Assembly (NCBI GenBank): GCA_951406725.2
Contig: OX597841.1
Location: 22,382,001-22,446,000 of the forward strand
Length of the DNA stretch: 64,000 bases
Source: Octopus vulgaris
Lineage: Eukaryota
Direction: 5' to 3'
The position numbers and the translations under genes were made by a program. Below the pieces are notes generated by a model, which saw nothing but the letters and a program-made list of their open reading frames with translations, made no database searches and was not told the origin of the DNA. This document shows, piece after piece, positions 53,629-64,000 of this stretch (the stretch's first letter is position 1; each line of letters begins with the position of its first letter).

Positions 53629-53923
53629 TTTCACACGAGTAATAATCTGTGCTACTAAAAAGTGCGGGAGAATAAAATTTACAAGACCACGTGGTAAGAA
53701 TTTAGTTAGCTCTGATTGGTTAGCTTGTAGTGACGTCATTCTTCAGGGTGCGCGTGCGGGGCTGCAACCTTCTGGAAAGGCCTAAGGAAGTTCCCTCATG
53801 CACATGCGCTAAAAAATGGGTAAAAAAAAAATTTCTATAGCGTTCCTTATTAGCGTCGGTCACTTGAGACACGGCTTTTGAAGGGAGAGGACGTGTGATG
53901 AGCCTATTCTCCTGTCCCAGTAT

Positions 53924-54676
53924 TGGCGGTGAGCTGGCAGAATCGTTAGCACGCCGGGTGAATTGCGTAGTCGTATTTCGTCTGCCGTAACGTTCCGAGT
54001 TCAAATTCCGCTGAGGTCGACTTTGCCTTTCATCCTTTCGGGGGGTCGATAAATTAAGGACCAGTTACGCACTGGGGTCGATATAATCGACTTAATCCCT
54101 TTGTCTGTCCTTGTTTGTCCCTTCTGTGTTTAGCCCCTTGTGGGTAATAAAGAAATAGCTATTTCGTACGTCGTTACGTTGTGAGTTCAAATTCCGCCGA
54201 GGTCGACTTTGCCTTTCATCCCTCCAGGGTCAATAAATTAAGTACCAGTTACGCACTGGGGTCGGTATAATCGAATTAATACCTATGTCTGTCCTTGTTT
54301 GTCCCCTCTATGTTTAGCCCCTTGTGGGTAATAAAGAAATAGGTATTTCGCCTGCCGCTACATTCTAAGTTCAAATTCCGCCGAGGTCGACTTGGCCTTT
54401 CATCCTTTCGGGGTCGATGTAATCGACTTAATCCCTTTGTCTGTCCTTGTTTGTCCCCTCTGTGTTTAGCCCCTTGTGGGTAATAAAAAAATAGGTATTT
54501 CGTACGTCGTTACGTTGTGAATTCAAATTCCGCCGAGGTCGACTTTGCCTTTCATCCCTCCAGGGTCAATAAATTAAGTACCAGTTACGCACTGGGGTCG
54601 GTATAATCGAATTAATACCTATGTCTGTCCTTGTTTGTCCCCTCTATGTTTAGCCCCTTGTGGGTAGTAAAGAAAT
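53924..54676 (+). mobile_element. SINE family B multimer with 16-bp TSD
   Basis: One tRNA-like head followed by four tandem bodies; TSD TATTCTCCTGTCCCAG at 53905-53920 and 54678-54693. Confidence 0.85.
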
Positions 54677-54991
54677 GTATTCTCCTGTCCCAGACGCTTG
54701 GGATTTGACCTGCTCCGTTGCTCCTGAATTTGTTGTGAGGTTTATCTTACAAGTGTTAAACTTCAGCATTGCTGCACCGACACCAAGAGGTTACTAATTT
54801 ACCAACGTGCCTTCTTTTTGTAAATAAGAAAATAAAGAGTCATATATTTTTCAAGGTTGCTTTCTTGTTCCTGGCTGGTAGTTTCTGGAAACAAAAATGG
54901 AAATTGTGTTGCACCCGAACAGTGTAAAGACACAACCAGTTCCTTTACAGGCTTTTAGGAGCAAATTCTTACAACTCCCTTTTATTTACAA

Positions 54992-55465
54992 CTAGCAGTA
55001 TCGCCCGGCGTTGCTCGGATTTCTAAGGGAAATAACTATATAAGCATTCTTAGAGTTATAGCAAAAAAAAATGGGAAAAAATGATGGTAAATTTTTTTTG
55101 AATCGTTGACTCATCGTAGACATTTTTAGAGAGTTACTTCCCTTATATAATAGCGAAAAAATGCATTAAAATGGAAAAAAATGATGGTAAATTTTTTTAA
55201 AATCGTTGACTCATCGTAGACATTTTTAGAGAGTTACCTCCCTTATATAATAGCGAAAAAATGCATTTAAAATGGGAAAAAATGATGGTAAATTTTTTAA
55301 AAATCGTAGACTCATCGTAGACGCGCGCTAATACCCAGAAGGGCTCGATATGAATCACGACTATAAGATACCCGGTTTTGGTTAAACTGCACCGCAAAAG
55401 GTGGGAGTAGTTAGGAATCTAAATCGTAGGAGACAGACACACAACCTTACTTTTATATATAAAGA
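54992..55465 (-). mobile_element. Non-autonomous Helitron
   Basis: Minus strand A|TC...CCGAGCAACGCCGGG hairpin...CTAG|T; internal ~100-bp tandem duplications. Confidence 0.85.
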
Positions 55466-56329
55466 TTCCCTATTATTGTCCCTTTCATTTTAGTAGCAGA
55501 TTAGTACTAGTGAAAATGTGCAGTTCGTAAAATATATTAAAAAAATACACTATTTTTTAAATGTATCCGGCACTTATACCGTAAGATCGCCGAATACCCA
55601 AATAATTTTTTAAACAGAGTAAATAACACATAAAAGCACAGCACAAAGTAAAGATCGACTAGTCATGACTAGCTAGCGCGGGTCCGCGAGTGCGCGCCCT
55701 GGGACCACTGTTCATAAGTCGTAATAATAATTAAGAAGAAAAAAAAACAGGACACAAACATATACAGAAGAAGCACACACACACACGGGGTCACAGAAAC
55801 GGCCGAATTCAATGCTTACATTATTTCGAGTCAAAACGAAAGATCGCCAAAGTTTATTGGCCGGAAGTGAGGTTTCCCCCACCCTGGTGTAGAAGGTAGA
55901 CTCCACAGCTAGAAATAGCAGCCAAATGTCGAACAGATCAAAGGACACATGAGACACAAAGTATTAAAAGATTAAATATTTTCAAAGGAAAAAGTGTGAT
56001 TTAAGGGAGATTTGGCTGTTGTTTCTAGCACATCCTAAGACAACCCTCCTCGTTTCACTTTCCCATCTTTTGAAGTTTTTCTCTTCATAAACAAATTTAT
56101 GATTTTTTTTCAACCCTATTCTTCGCCCCTGGATTGCTTCTGTTTACGATTTAAAATATCGGTGAGTGTGAGGCCGTTTCTGGCATTTATCCACAGTGAA
56201 AACACAAGAAACGTGGGAAAATGATGGAAAGTGTAGAAGGTAGCCTCCATAGCTAGAAATAGCAGCCAAATGTCGCACAAATCAAAGGACATCTGAGACA
56301 GGAAGTATTTAGAAATTAAATAGTTTAAT

Positions 56330-56494
56330 ACTTACGGAAATGGTTTAAAAAGGATGGTGTTGTTGTTAGAAGTGCGTCAGGTGGTTGAGAAATGTATTAT
56401 AAATGTGTTTGGGAGTGAATTGAGAGAAATTCCGGGGCCCGACACGCATGTCAAGACGTAATGAATGGAAGTGGAAATAGGTTGTGCGCATGCG
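56330..56494 (-). promoter_or_regulatory. Putative promoter/exon 1/donor of ZNF gene 5
   Basis: TGCGCATGCG at 56485-56494; minus-strand GTAAGT at 56335-56330; implies intron 56335-50106. Confidence 0.65.
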
Positions 56495-56626
56495 TATGAA
56501 ATATTGGTTTCACATTGGCCGTATTTCGTCAGGGGTTACGTTTTGAGTTCAAATTCGGCGGGGTGTTTAATTATTTGCATCTATGTGCGCGTCTGCGTGT
56601 AAGATGGTATATATATGTGCATGTCA

Positions 56627-57213
56627 GGTGGCGAGCTGGCAGAATCGTTAGCACGCCGGGGGAAATGCTTAGCGGTATTTCGTCTGCCGTTACGTTCTGA
56701 GTTCAAATTCCGTCGAGGTCGACTTTGCCTTTCATCCTTTCGGGGTCGATAAATTAAGTACCAGTTACGCACTGGAGTCGATGTAATCGACTTAATACCC
56801 ATGTCTGTCCTTGTTTGTCCCCTCTGTGTTTAGCCCCTTGTGGGTAATAAAGAAATAGGTATTTCATCTGCCGTTACGTTCTGAGTTCAAATTCCGCCGA
56901 GGTCGACTTTGACTTTCATCCTTTCGGGGTCGATAAATTAAGTACCAGTTACGCACTGGAGTCGATGTAATCGACTTAATACCCATGTCTGTCCTTGTTT
57001 GTCCCCTCTGTGTTTAGCCCCTTGTGGGTAGTAAAGAAATGGGTATTTCGTCTGCCGTTACGTTCTGAGTTCAAATTCCGTCGAGGTCGACTTTGCCTTT
57101 CATCCTTTTGGGGCCGATAAATTAAGTACCAGTTACGCACTGGGGTCGATGTAATCGACTTAATCCGTTTGTCCTCTCTGTCTTTAGCCCCTTGTGGGTA
57201 GTAAAGAAATAGG
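56627..57213 (+). mobile_element. SINE family B trimer
   Basis: Head plus three ~182-bp tandem bodies. Confidence 0.8.
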
Positions 57214-57612
57214 TACTAGCAACGGCCACGCTCAAATGGTGTTTTTACGTGTCACCTGCACAGGTGTCAGTCCAGCGGCCCTGGCAACGCCCTCGCTCGA
57301 ATGTTCTTTTCACGGACCACCGGCACAAGTGCCAGGGAGGTGCCGCTGGTGATATTGTTAATTAATTTAGAGGGAGGTCGTTTATAGCAGTTGTTGATTC
57401 AAATATACTTTTACTCTTTTACTTGTTTCAGTCATTTGACTTCGGCCATGCTGGAGCACCGCCTTTAGTCGAGCAAATCAACCCCAGGACTTATTCTTTG
57501 TAAGCCTAGGACTTATTCTATCGATCCGCTAAGTTACGGGAACGTAAACACACCACCATCGGTTGTCAAGCGATGTTGAGGAGACAAACACAGACACACA
57601 AACATATATATG

Positions 57613-57819
57613 GGTACTACTAGCGAACAGTGGTCCCGGTGCGTGCACACGCGCTAGCTAGTCGTAAGTAGTCGATCCTACAACGACTTTTTAACCATAA
57701 CCCCAACCTTAGTTTGTTTCTAAAAATAATTCATTAGTTTAAAAAATTATTTAGGATCGACTACTTAGGACTAGCGAGCATGGATGCGTGCATCGGGACC
57801 ACTGTTCGCTAGTAGGACC
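57613..57819. mobile_element. MITE family A inserted into the microsatellite of a SINE A
   Basis: GGTACTACTAGCGAACAGTGGTCCCG / CGGGACCACTGTTCGCTAGTAGGACC. Confidence 0.8.
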
Positions 57820-58429
57820 TATCTATATATACATATATACGACGGGCTTCTTTCAGTTTCCGTCTACCAAATCCACTCACAAGGCTGTGGTATGCCTGAG
57901 GCTATAGTAGAAGACAGTTGCACAAGGTGCCACGCAGTTGGAATGAACCCGGAACCATGTGGTTGGTAAGCAAGCTACTTACCACACAGCCACTCCTGCG
58001 CCTACAAACAATTTCTTCTTCTTTTAATGTTATTTCCTGTTTACTCAATTTGAAAACTCTTTCTATTGTCTTTTGTCTCTTGTGTCTGTGCGCCTAAGTT
58101 CATATATGAGTAGTGTCCCCTTAATATCAGGCAAAAATTGATAAAAATTTGAGAATTAAAATTAAATATCTTTTTTCTAATTCATAGAATTTTACTAAAC
58201 CTTTATCAATACATCCCTTTAACATAGCACATAGCCAGACTCAGCCTCTTGCACCTACCATACGATGCCATTCTGAAAATACACAACCACATCATCAAAA
58301 CTTGAAAACTGTGAGTTAATGGATGACAAATTGAAAATAATGTGAATAAATAAACATCACATTCGACAGAATAACCTGCATGGTAAAGGGTTTCAGTAAC
58401 CCCTTAGAGATTATGATTTAGCGCAAATA

Positions 58430-59266
58430 TTAGTGGGATTGCTTCTTCCCCTGATGAACACGTTTGTGAGAAGTTAAGTTGCCATGTTGAGTAAATGACC
58501 TTCCACAGATATCACAAGGATATAGCTTCTCTCCTGTATGGATACGTTTATGGGTCATTAGGTTACTACTGGTAGAGAAAGATTTATTACAGACATCACA
58601 AGAATATGGTGTCTCTCCTGTATGAATACGTTTATGTTTAGCTACGTTGCCACTTTGAGAGAATAATTTACCACAGATTTCACAGTGAAATGGTGTCTCT
58701 CCTGTATGAATACGTTTGTGTAAAGTCAAATTATTTTTTTGAGAGAATGATTTACCACAGATATCACAAGAATATGGTGTTTCTCCTGTATGAATACGCT
58801 TATGGGTAATTAGGTTACTACTGTTAGAGAAAGATTTGTTACAGACATCACAGGGATGTGGCTTCTCTCCTGTATGGAAACGTTTATGAGAAGCTAAGTT
58901 GCCACTTTGAGAGAAGGATTTACCACAGATTTCACAGTGATATGGTGACTCTCCTGTATGAATACGTTTGTGATTAGTTAGGTTAATACAGACAGAGAAA
59001 GATTTGCCACAGATGTTGCACTGATATGGTGTCTCTCCTGTATGAATACGTTTGTGTAAAGACAAGTTATATTTTCGAGAGAATGATTTACCACAGATAT
59101 CACATTGAAATGGCCTCTCCCCGGTATGAATACATTTGTGCCTATTCAAGTTACCCTTTCGAGAGAAGGATTTTTTACAGACATCACAGTCATGTGACAA
59201 TTTTTGTCTCCCTTTTTTGTTATCTTCTGGAAAAATATGTTCCTTCACTTTCTCACTCTTTTCCAT
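58430..59266 (-). CDS. C2H2 zinc-finger protein (gene 6), 9 fingers
   Basis: 278-aa ORF, MEKSEK leader, same C-terminus and proximal 3'UTR as gene 5. Confidence 0.95.
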   Translation of the reverse strand: MEKSEKVKEHIFPEDNKKGRQKLSHDCDVCKKSFSRKGNLNRHKCIHTGERPFQCDICGKSFSRKYNLSLHKRIHTGETPYQCNICGKSFSVCINLTNHKRIHTGESPYHCEICGKSFSQSGNLASHKRFHTGEKPHPCDVCNKSFSNSSNLITHKRIHTGETPYSCDICGKSFSQKNNLTLHKRIHTGETPFHCEICGKLFSQSGNVAKHKRIHTGETPYSCDVCNKSFSTSSNLMTHKRIHTGEKLYPCDICGRSFTQHGNLTSHKRVHQGKKQSH

Positions 59267-59422
59267 TATTCTTCCTTCAACTTCACAATATACCTTCTTT
59301 TTTTATTCTTTTTGCTTCTATAGTCTTTTGTTTACAAATATTTCAACTGTCGTATTTCTGGCCACTGTTACCTTTGTCACAAAACAACTAAATTTATCCA
59401 TGTTCAATCTGCAACCAGACTC

Positions 59423-59691
59423 ATCTTGTAGACACTCCAGCCAGTGATGTCCAGAAGGTTTGCTAATAACACAATTCAGAGTAAATATATCAGAGGAATT
59501 CCACCACAGATTTATAGAAACAATCTTATATATCTGTTCTGTACAATATTTTCATTTTGGTCTTTAAAAGATGATAAATAATGAGAATGTATCTTCAGTT
59601 ATGCCAATGTCATCTGATATTCTGAAATAATAAAGAAACAACAGTGTAAGATATAGAGGCTACTTAAAAAAATACAGATTCAACATTTCCA
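59423..59691 (-). promoter_or_regulatory. Conserved acceptor/5'UTR block of ZNF gene 6
   Basis: Exon starts at 59621 on the minus strand; both uORFs intact. Confidence 0.75.
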
Positions 59692-60469
59692 TAAAGATAA
59701 ACTCTAGAAATAAACATTTAACTGAACAACAGAACTTTTTAATTTATTAATATTTACATCACAAAATCCTGTTTGAAGCTAAAATATTTCTAAACTCCAG
59801 CTCCACATTCATAAATACACACACACACACACTTTTTTACTGGTTTCAGTTGTTTTGACTGCGGTCATGCTGGAGCACCAACTTTAAAGGCTTCAGTCAC
59901 TAGAATCAATGCTAGGACTTATTTTTTGAGCTTAGCACTTATTCTATCAGCAACTTTTGCAAAACCACAAGTTTATGGGAGCATAAACACACCAACACTG
60001 TTTATCAAGTGTTGAAGGGGTGGGAGGACAACACACCCACACACACATATACATTGGGCTTCCTTCAGTTTCCATCTCCCAAATCCATTCACAAGGCTTT
60101 GGTCAGCCAGAAGCTATTGTAGAAAATACTTGTGATTGAGCCTGGAGCCATATCTGTGTGTGCGTGTGTATATAATTTATTTAAAGGTCACAATATACGT
60201 ATTAAAGCGCTACTAACAGCTCCATATGCTTTAGAAACCTGAAACATATTCTTCAGGCATAAACCATGTATCATAACAAGCTAAAGAAATAGAATAAGAG
60301 AAGAAACATGAAAATCTGTGGAGGGAGCATACAGAAAATGCAGGCAGTAAACAATGGTAATTGAAAAACAGAAACCAAAATGTAAAAAGGTAAAAGAGCT
60401 ATCCTCCTTAAACGATAAGGATGGGAAAATGTCAAGTGAGTCAGGAATAGGCAGAATTTTCCAATTCTT

Positions 60470-61144
60470 CAAAATATATTTATACATATGCTTGCGATCA
60501 CTGAAAATTTCTGACCTGGAGTTGAATAGAGGGGTACAGATCGTAGAGCTTAACAGAATCTGTGCCCTTTAAGGCGGCGAGCTGGCAGAAACGTTAGCAC
60601 GCCAGGCAAAATGCTTAGCGCTACTTTGTCTGCCGTTACGTTCTGAGTTCAAATTCCGCCAAGGTCAACTTTGCCTTTCATCCTTTCGGGGTGGATAAAT
60701 TAAGTACCAGTTATACACTGGGGTCGATGTAATCAACTTAATCCCTTTGTCTGTCCTTGTTTGTCCCCTCTATGTTTAGCTCCTTGTGGGCAATAAAGAA
60801 ATAAGAATCTGTGCCCTTTCAGCTGAACAATGTCTACAATTATGCAATCCCTTCACATAAGGTAGGGATTTCTCAATTACTTTCCATTTAATCACATGCA
60901 ATGTTTCGTTATCTTTCAGGGTCCATATGAAGTTCGTCAACTTTATTTTTGTCCCTATGTGATTGGAAGAGCGATTTTTAAATTCTCCTCCACATAATCC
61001 AACAGAGGCCTTCTTATTAGTTGTATTATTATTTAGGGTTGCAGTAACGTCTGTCTTATATACGATAGATTTAGTCATACATCTTTGGTCAAGTGGACAG
61101 GATACTGGGTTGCAACTGGATTCAGGCTTCTTGGTATTGAGCAC
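60470..61144 (-). pseudogene. Penelope-like GIY-YIG endonuclease fragment interrupted by a SINE
   Basis: CPLDQRC..KSIVY...VGLCGGEFKNR..NH...LTNFIWTLK...IKWKVI...CRHCSAE, resuming after the SINE as LFNSRSEIFS. Confidence 0.75.
60571..60803 (+). mobile_element. SINE family B monomer with 16-bp TSD
   Basis: TSD AGAATCTGTGCCCTTT at 60555-60570 and 60804-60819. Confidence 0.9.
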
Positions 61145-61229
61145 TGGTACTGATACTCTTCATATTGGGGGCAGATATGACAATTTCGTAGAACCCCTAT
61201 TTTCTCTATCTGTAGAAAAAACGGCCGTT

Positions 61230-61646
61230 GAAGAGAATATCTTACAAACATGTTACAAACTCTAGAATTTTCTCAATAAAGCCAAGAGGAAAAGATGTTT
61301 TATGTAACACATTCTACCAGTATACGAAGTTTAAAAGTTTTTAGTTACCTAGAAATTATGTTAAAAACTGCCGTTCAAACAAAAGATCCCCAATCTGTTT
61401 CTTAAACGGGGGACATATTCATACGGCACAGAATATTTTTTTACCTCAATAGACGTGAGTGATTGGTTAAAATTGACGAAATGCAAGAAATTAAAGTGGA
61501 AATATCTTACAAACTACAGAATTTTCTCAATAAAGCCAAGAGGAAAAGATGTTTTATGTAACACATTCTACCAGTATACGAAGTTTAAAAGTTTTTAGTT
61601 ACCTAGAAATTATGTTAAAAACTGCCGTTCAAACAGAAAAGATCCA
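61230..61646. mobile_element. Two tandem right ends of MITE family D
   Basis: AAAACTGCCGTTCAAAC..AAAAGATCC at ~61389 and ~61646, each preceded by the same ~140 bp. Confidence 0.65.
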
Positions 61647-61814
61647 TAAACTTTGCCTTTCACTTTTTTTCTGCTGGGGTTCAATAAAATAAATACCAGT
61701 TGACTACTCGGGTCCATGAAATCGACTGACACTTGACCCTCCCCGAAATTTCTGGTTTTCTACCAAAATCTTTAAAAAACAAAAGAAAAAAAGAAGAAAA
61801 ACCAGTATTTCATA

Positions 61815-61981
61815 CGCATGCGCACTAAGCGTATTTCCGCCTCCATTCATTCATTTTAACAAACTCGATTCAAGTCGGAATTTCTCTCAATTCACTCCCA
61901 AACACATTTATAATACATTTCTCAACCACCTGACGCACTTCTAACAACAACACCATCCTTTTTTAAACCATTTCCGTAAGT
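61815..61981 (+). promoter_or_regulatory. Putative promoter/exon 1/donor of a seventh ZNF gene
   Basis: CGCATGCGCA at 61815; GTAAGT at 61976. Confidence 0.65.
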
Positions 61982-62536
61982 ATTAAACTATTTAATTTCT
62001 AAATACTTCCTGTCTCAGATGTCCTTTGATTTGTGCGACATTTGGCTGCTATTTCTAGCTATGGAGGCTACCTTCTACACTTTCCATCATTTTCCCACGT
62101 TTCTTGTGTTTTCACTGTGGATAAATGCCAGAAACGGCCTCAGACTCACCGATATTTTAAATCGTAAACAGAAGCAACCAGGGACGAAGAATAGGGTTGA
62201 AAAAAAATCATAAATGTGTTTATGAAGAGAAAAACTTCAAAAGATGGGAAAGTGAAACGAGGAGGGTTGTCTTAGGATGTGCTAGAAACAACAGCCAAAT
62301 CTCCCTTAAATCACACTTTTTCCTTTGAAAATATTTACAATATTTTATTTTTTTGTTACCGAAAAGGTTTCTCCCATCGTTTTTAAGGGCAAAAATATGT
62401 TTTTTGGTGTTTTTTTTTCAAGTGAAAAGTGAAGAGGCTGGTGGTAAATGAAATTTTGATAATACGATTTTTCGAAAAAGTTTTTCCAGAATCGGATCCT
62501 CCATAACCAAAAAGTGGGATTCCGTAAAAAAAAAAG

Positions 62537-62589
<53 letters not shown>

Positions 62590-63344
62590 CAAAATGGGAC
62601 AAGAACGCAAAACATCCAAATAGACGATACAAAAAACACGGACGGGTCATTGGAAGCCTTCTTCAGTCAAGAACCGGATCATCCTCGCAATCCATTTTAC
62701 CCTAACTTATGACGGAAAAATCGGATCTTGTAAATTTTCCGAAAGTCCCCCACCCCCCGGGTCGTTAGCGCAGTTTTTTTTGTTTTTTTTTTCATATTCG
62801 TTTTCTTCATAGTTACGGACAAAACCCTTTGTAACTTTCGTCCTGTGTTTTGTCCCTTTATGTTTTAATTGGTTTTTGTTAGCCCTTGTGGCCAATAAAC
62901 GAACGAATTATTATTATTATTATTTTGTTGTCTTTGAACGACGATAATTTCCTGAAACAGTGATTCTGTTATAATGGTTTCAATGCATTTAGGGAAGGCC
63001 ATTTGCTTAGCTGATGTACTTTTTGTAGGCATTTAAACAAGAGGTCTATAATTCCCCTATTCATCAAGCAAAGTATAAACTCAACCACATTTCAAACTTC
63101 ACTTTCATAAATTTCACAATATCATCATCATCATCATCGTTTAGCATCCGTTTTCCATGCTAGCATGGGTTGGACGGTTCAACTGGGGCCTGGGAAGCCA
63201 GAAGGCTGCACCAGGCCCAGTCTGATCTGGCAAAGTTTCTACGGCTGGATGCCCTTCCTAATGCCAACCACTCCGTGAGTGTAGTGGGTGCTTTTTACGT
63301 GCCAGACGAGGCTGGCAAACGGCCAAGATCGGATGGTGCTTTTT

Positions 63345-63389
<45 letters not shown>

Positions 63390-63701
63390 GAGTGTATTTT
63401 ACCTTGTTAACAATTAACACGGAAAAATAAATAAATAGTTACCAGGGCAGCAAAAATCTCACAAGTAAAGATGTTGTAACTCCTTGTTTATAAAGGTTGA
63501 AACTTCGTGTTTACGTTGAATATTTTGAATAATATGAATAAAAAATGGAGTTAACGCAGGTTTAAACAAGTATTTTTACTTTCTACATATAATACAGATT
63601 CAACATACTATTCTCTTTTGAATAGTATCAGTGGAATTTTCGAAACATATGTAGAAAGTAAAAATACTTGTTTAAACCTGCGTTAATTCCATTTTGTATT
63701 C

Positions 63702-63754
<53 letters not shown>

Positions 63755-63900
63755 CACACCCATATGAATGTTGTGCTGTAAGAATGTGTAACTGGAATTT
63801 AGAAATATGTTAACTTCACACAAGATTTTCTGATGTAAATATTAATGAATTAGAAAGTTCTGTTGTTCAGTTAAATGTTTGTTTTTAGAGTTTATCTTTA

Positions 63901-64000
63901 TGGAAATGTTGAATCTGTATCTTTTTAAGTAGCCTCTATATCTTACACTGTTGTTTCTTTATTATTTCAGAATATCAGATGACATTCGCATAACTGAAGA
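63901..64000 (+). promoter_or_regulatory. Start of the conserved acceptor/5'UTR block of gene 7 (CDS expected beyond the window)
   Basis: TTCTTTATTATTTCAG| at 63970; uORF1 reads MTFA*. Confidence 0.75.

Noticed and set aside
51676-55850. Full-length autonomous Merlin element around the transposase
   Set aside because: Several TIR-like ends (51676, 51841, 55591, 55713, 55848) exist, but I found no pair with matching TSDs.
59440-59630. C/D-box snoRNA antisense to the conserved block (GTGATGT...CTGA)
   Set aside because: The C box is imperfect and mutated in gene 1, there is no terminal stem and I recognise no guide; not supportable without a covariance search.

Overview
AT-rich eukaryotic genomic DNA, not prokaryotic. 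It is most likely a coleoid cephalopod such as Octopus, inferred from tandem single-exon poly-C2H2 zinc-finger genes and the SINE repertoire. The window holds a zinc-finger (ZNF) cluster with six arrays (four on +, two on -; 20, 23, 21, 18, 13 and 9 fingers) and the 5' part of a seventh gene at the right edge. The genes share one architecture: a CGCATGCGCA (NRF1-like) promoter, a short non-coding exon 1 ending in GTAAGT, a transposon-filled intron, a ~270-bp non-coding block spanning the splice acceptor and 5'UTR, then the ZF coding exon. That block is far more conserved than the adjacent coding sequence and carries two conserved uORFs. Introns contain several MITE families with GG...CC termini and 8-9-bp TSDs (Merlin/IS1595-type), an uninterrupted but apparently catalytically altered Merlin transposase ORF, and a second decayed Merlin transposase. 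Also present are SINEs, Helitrons, RTE-like and Penelope-like fragments, a ~4-kb 30-bp satellite and several long hairpins. All coordinates and identity counts were read by eye and are approximate.
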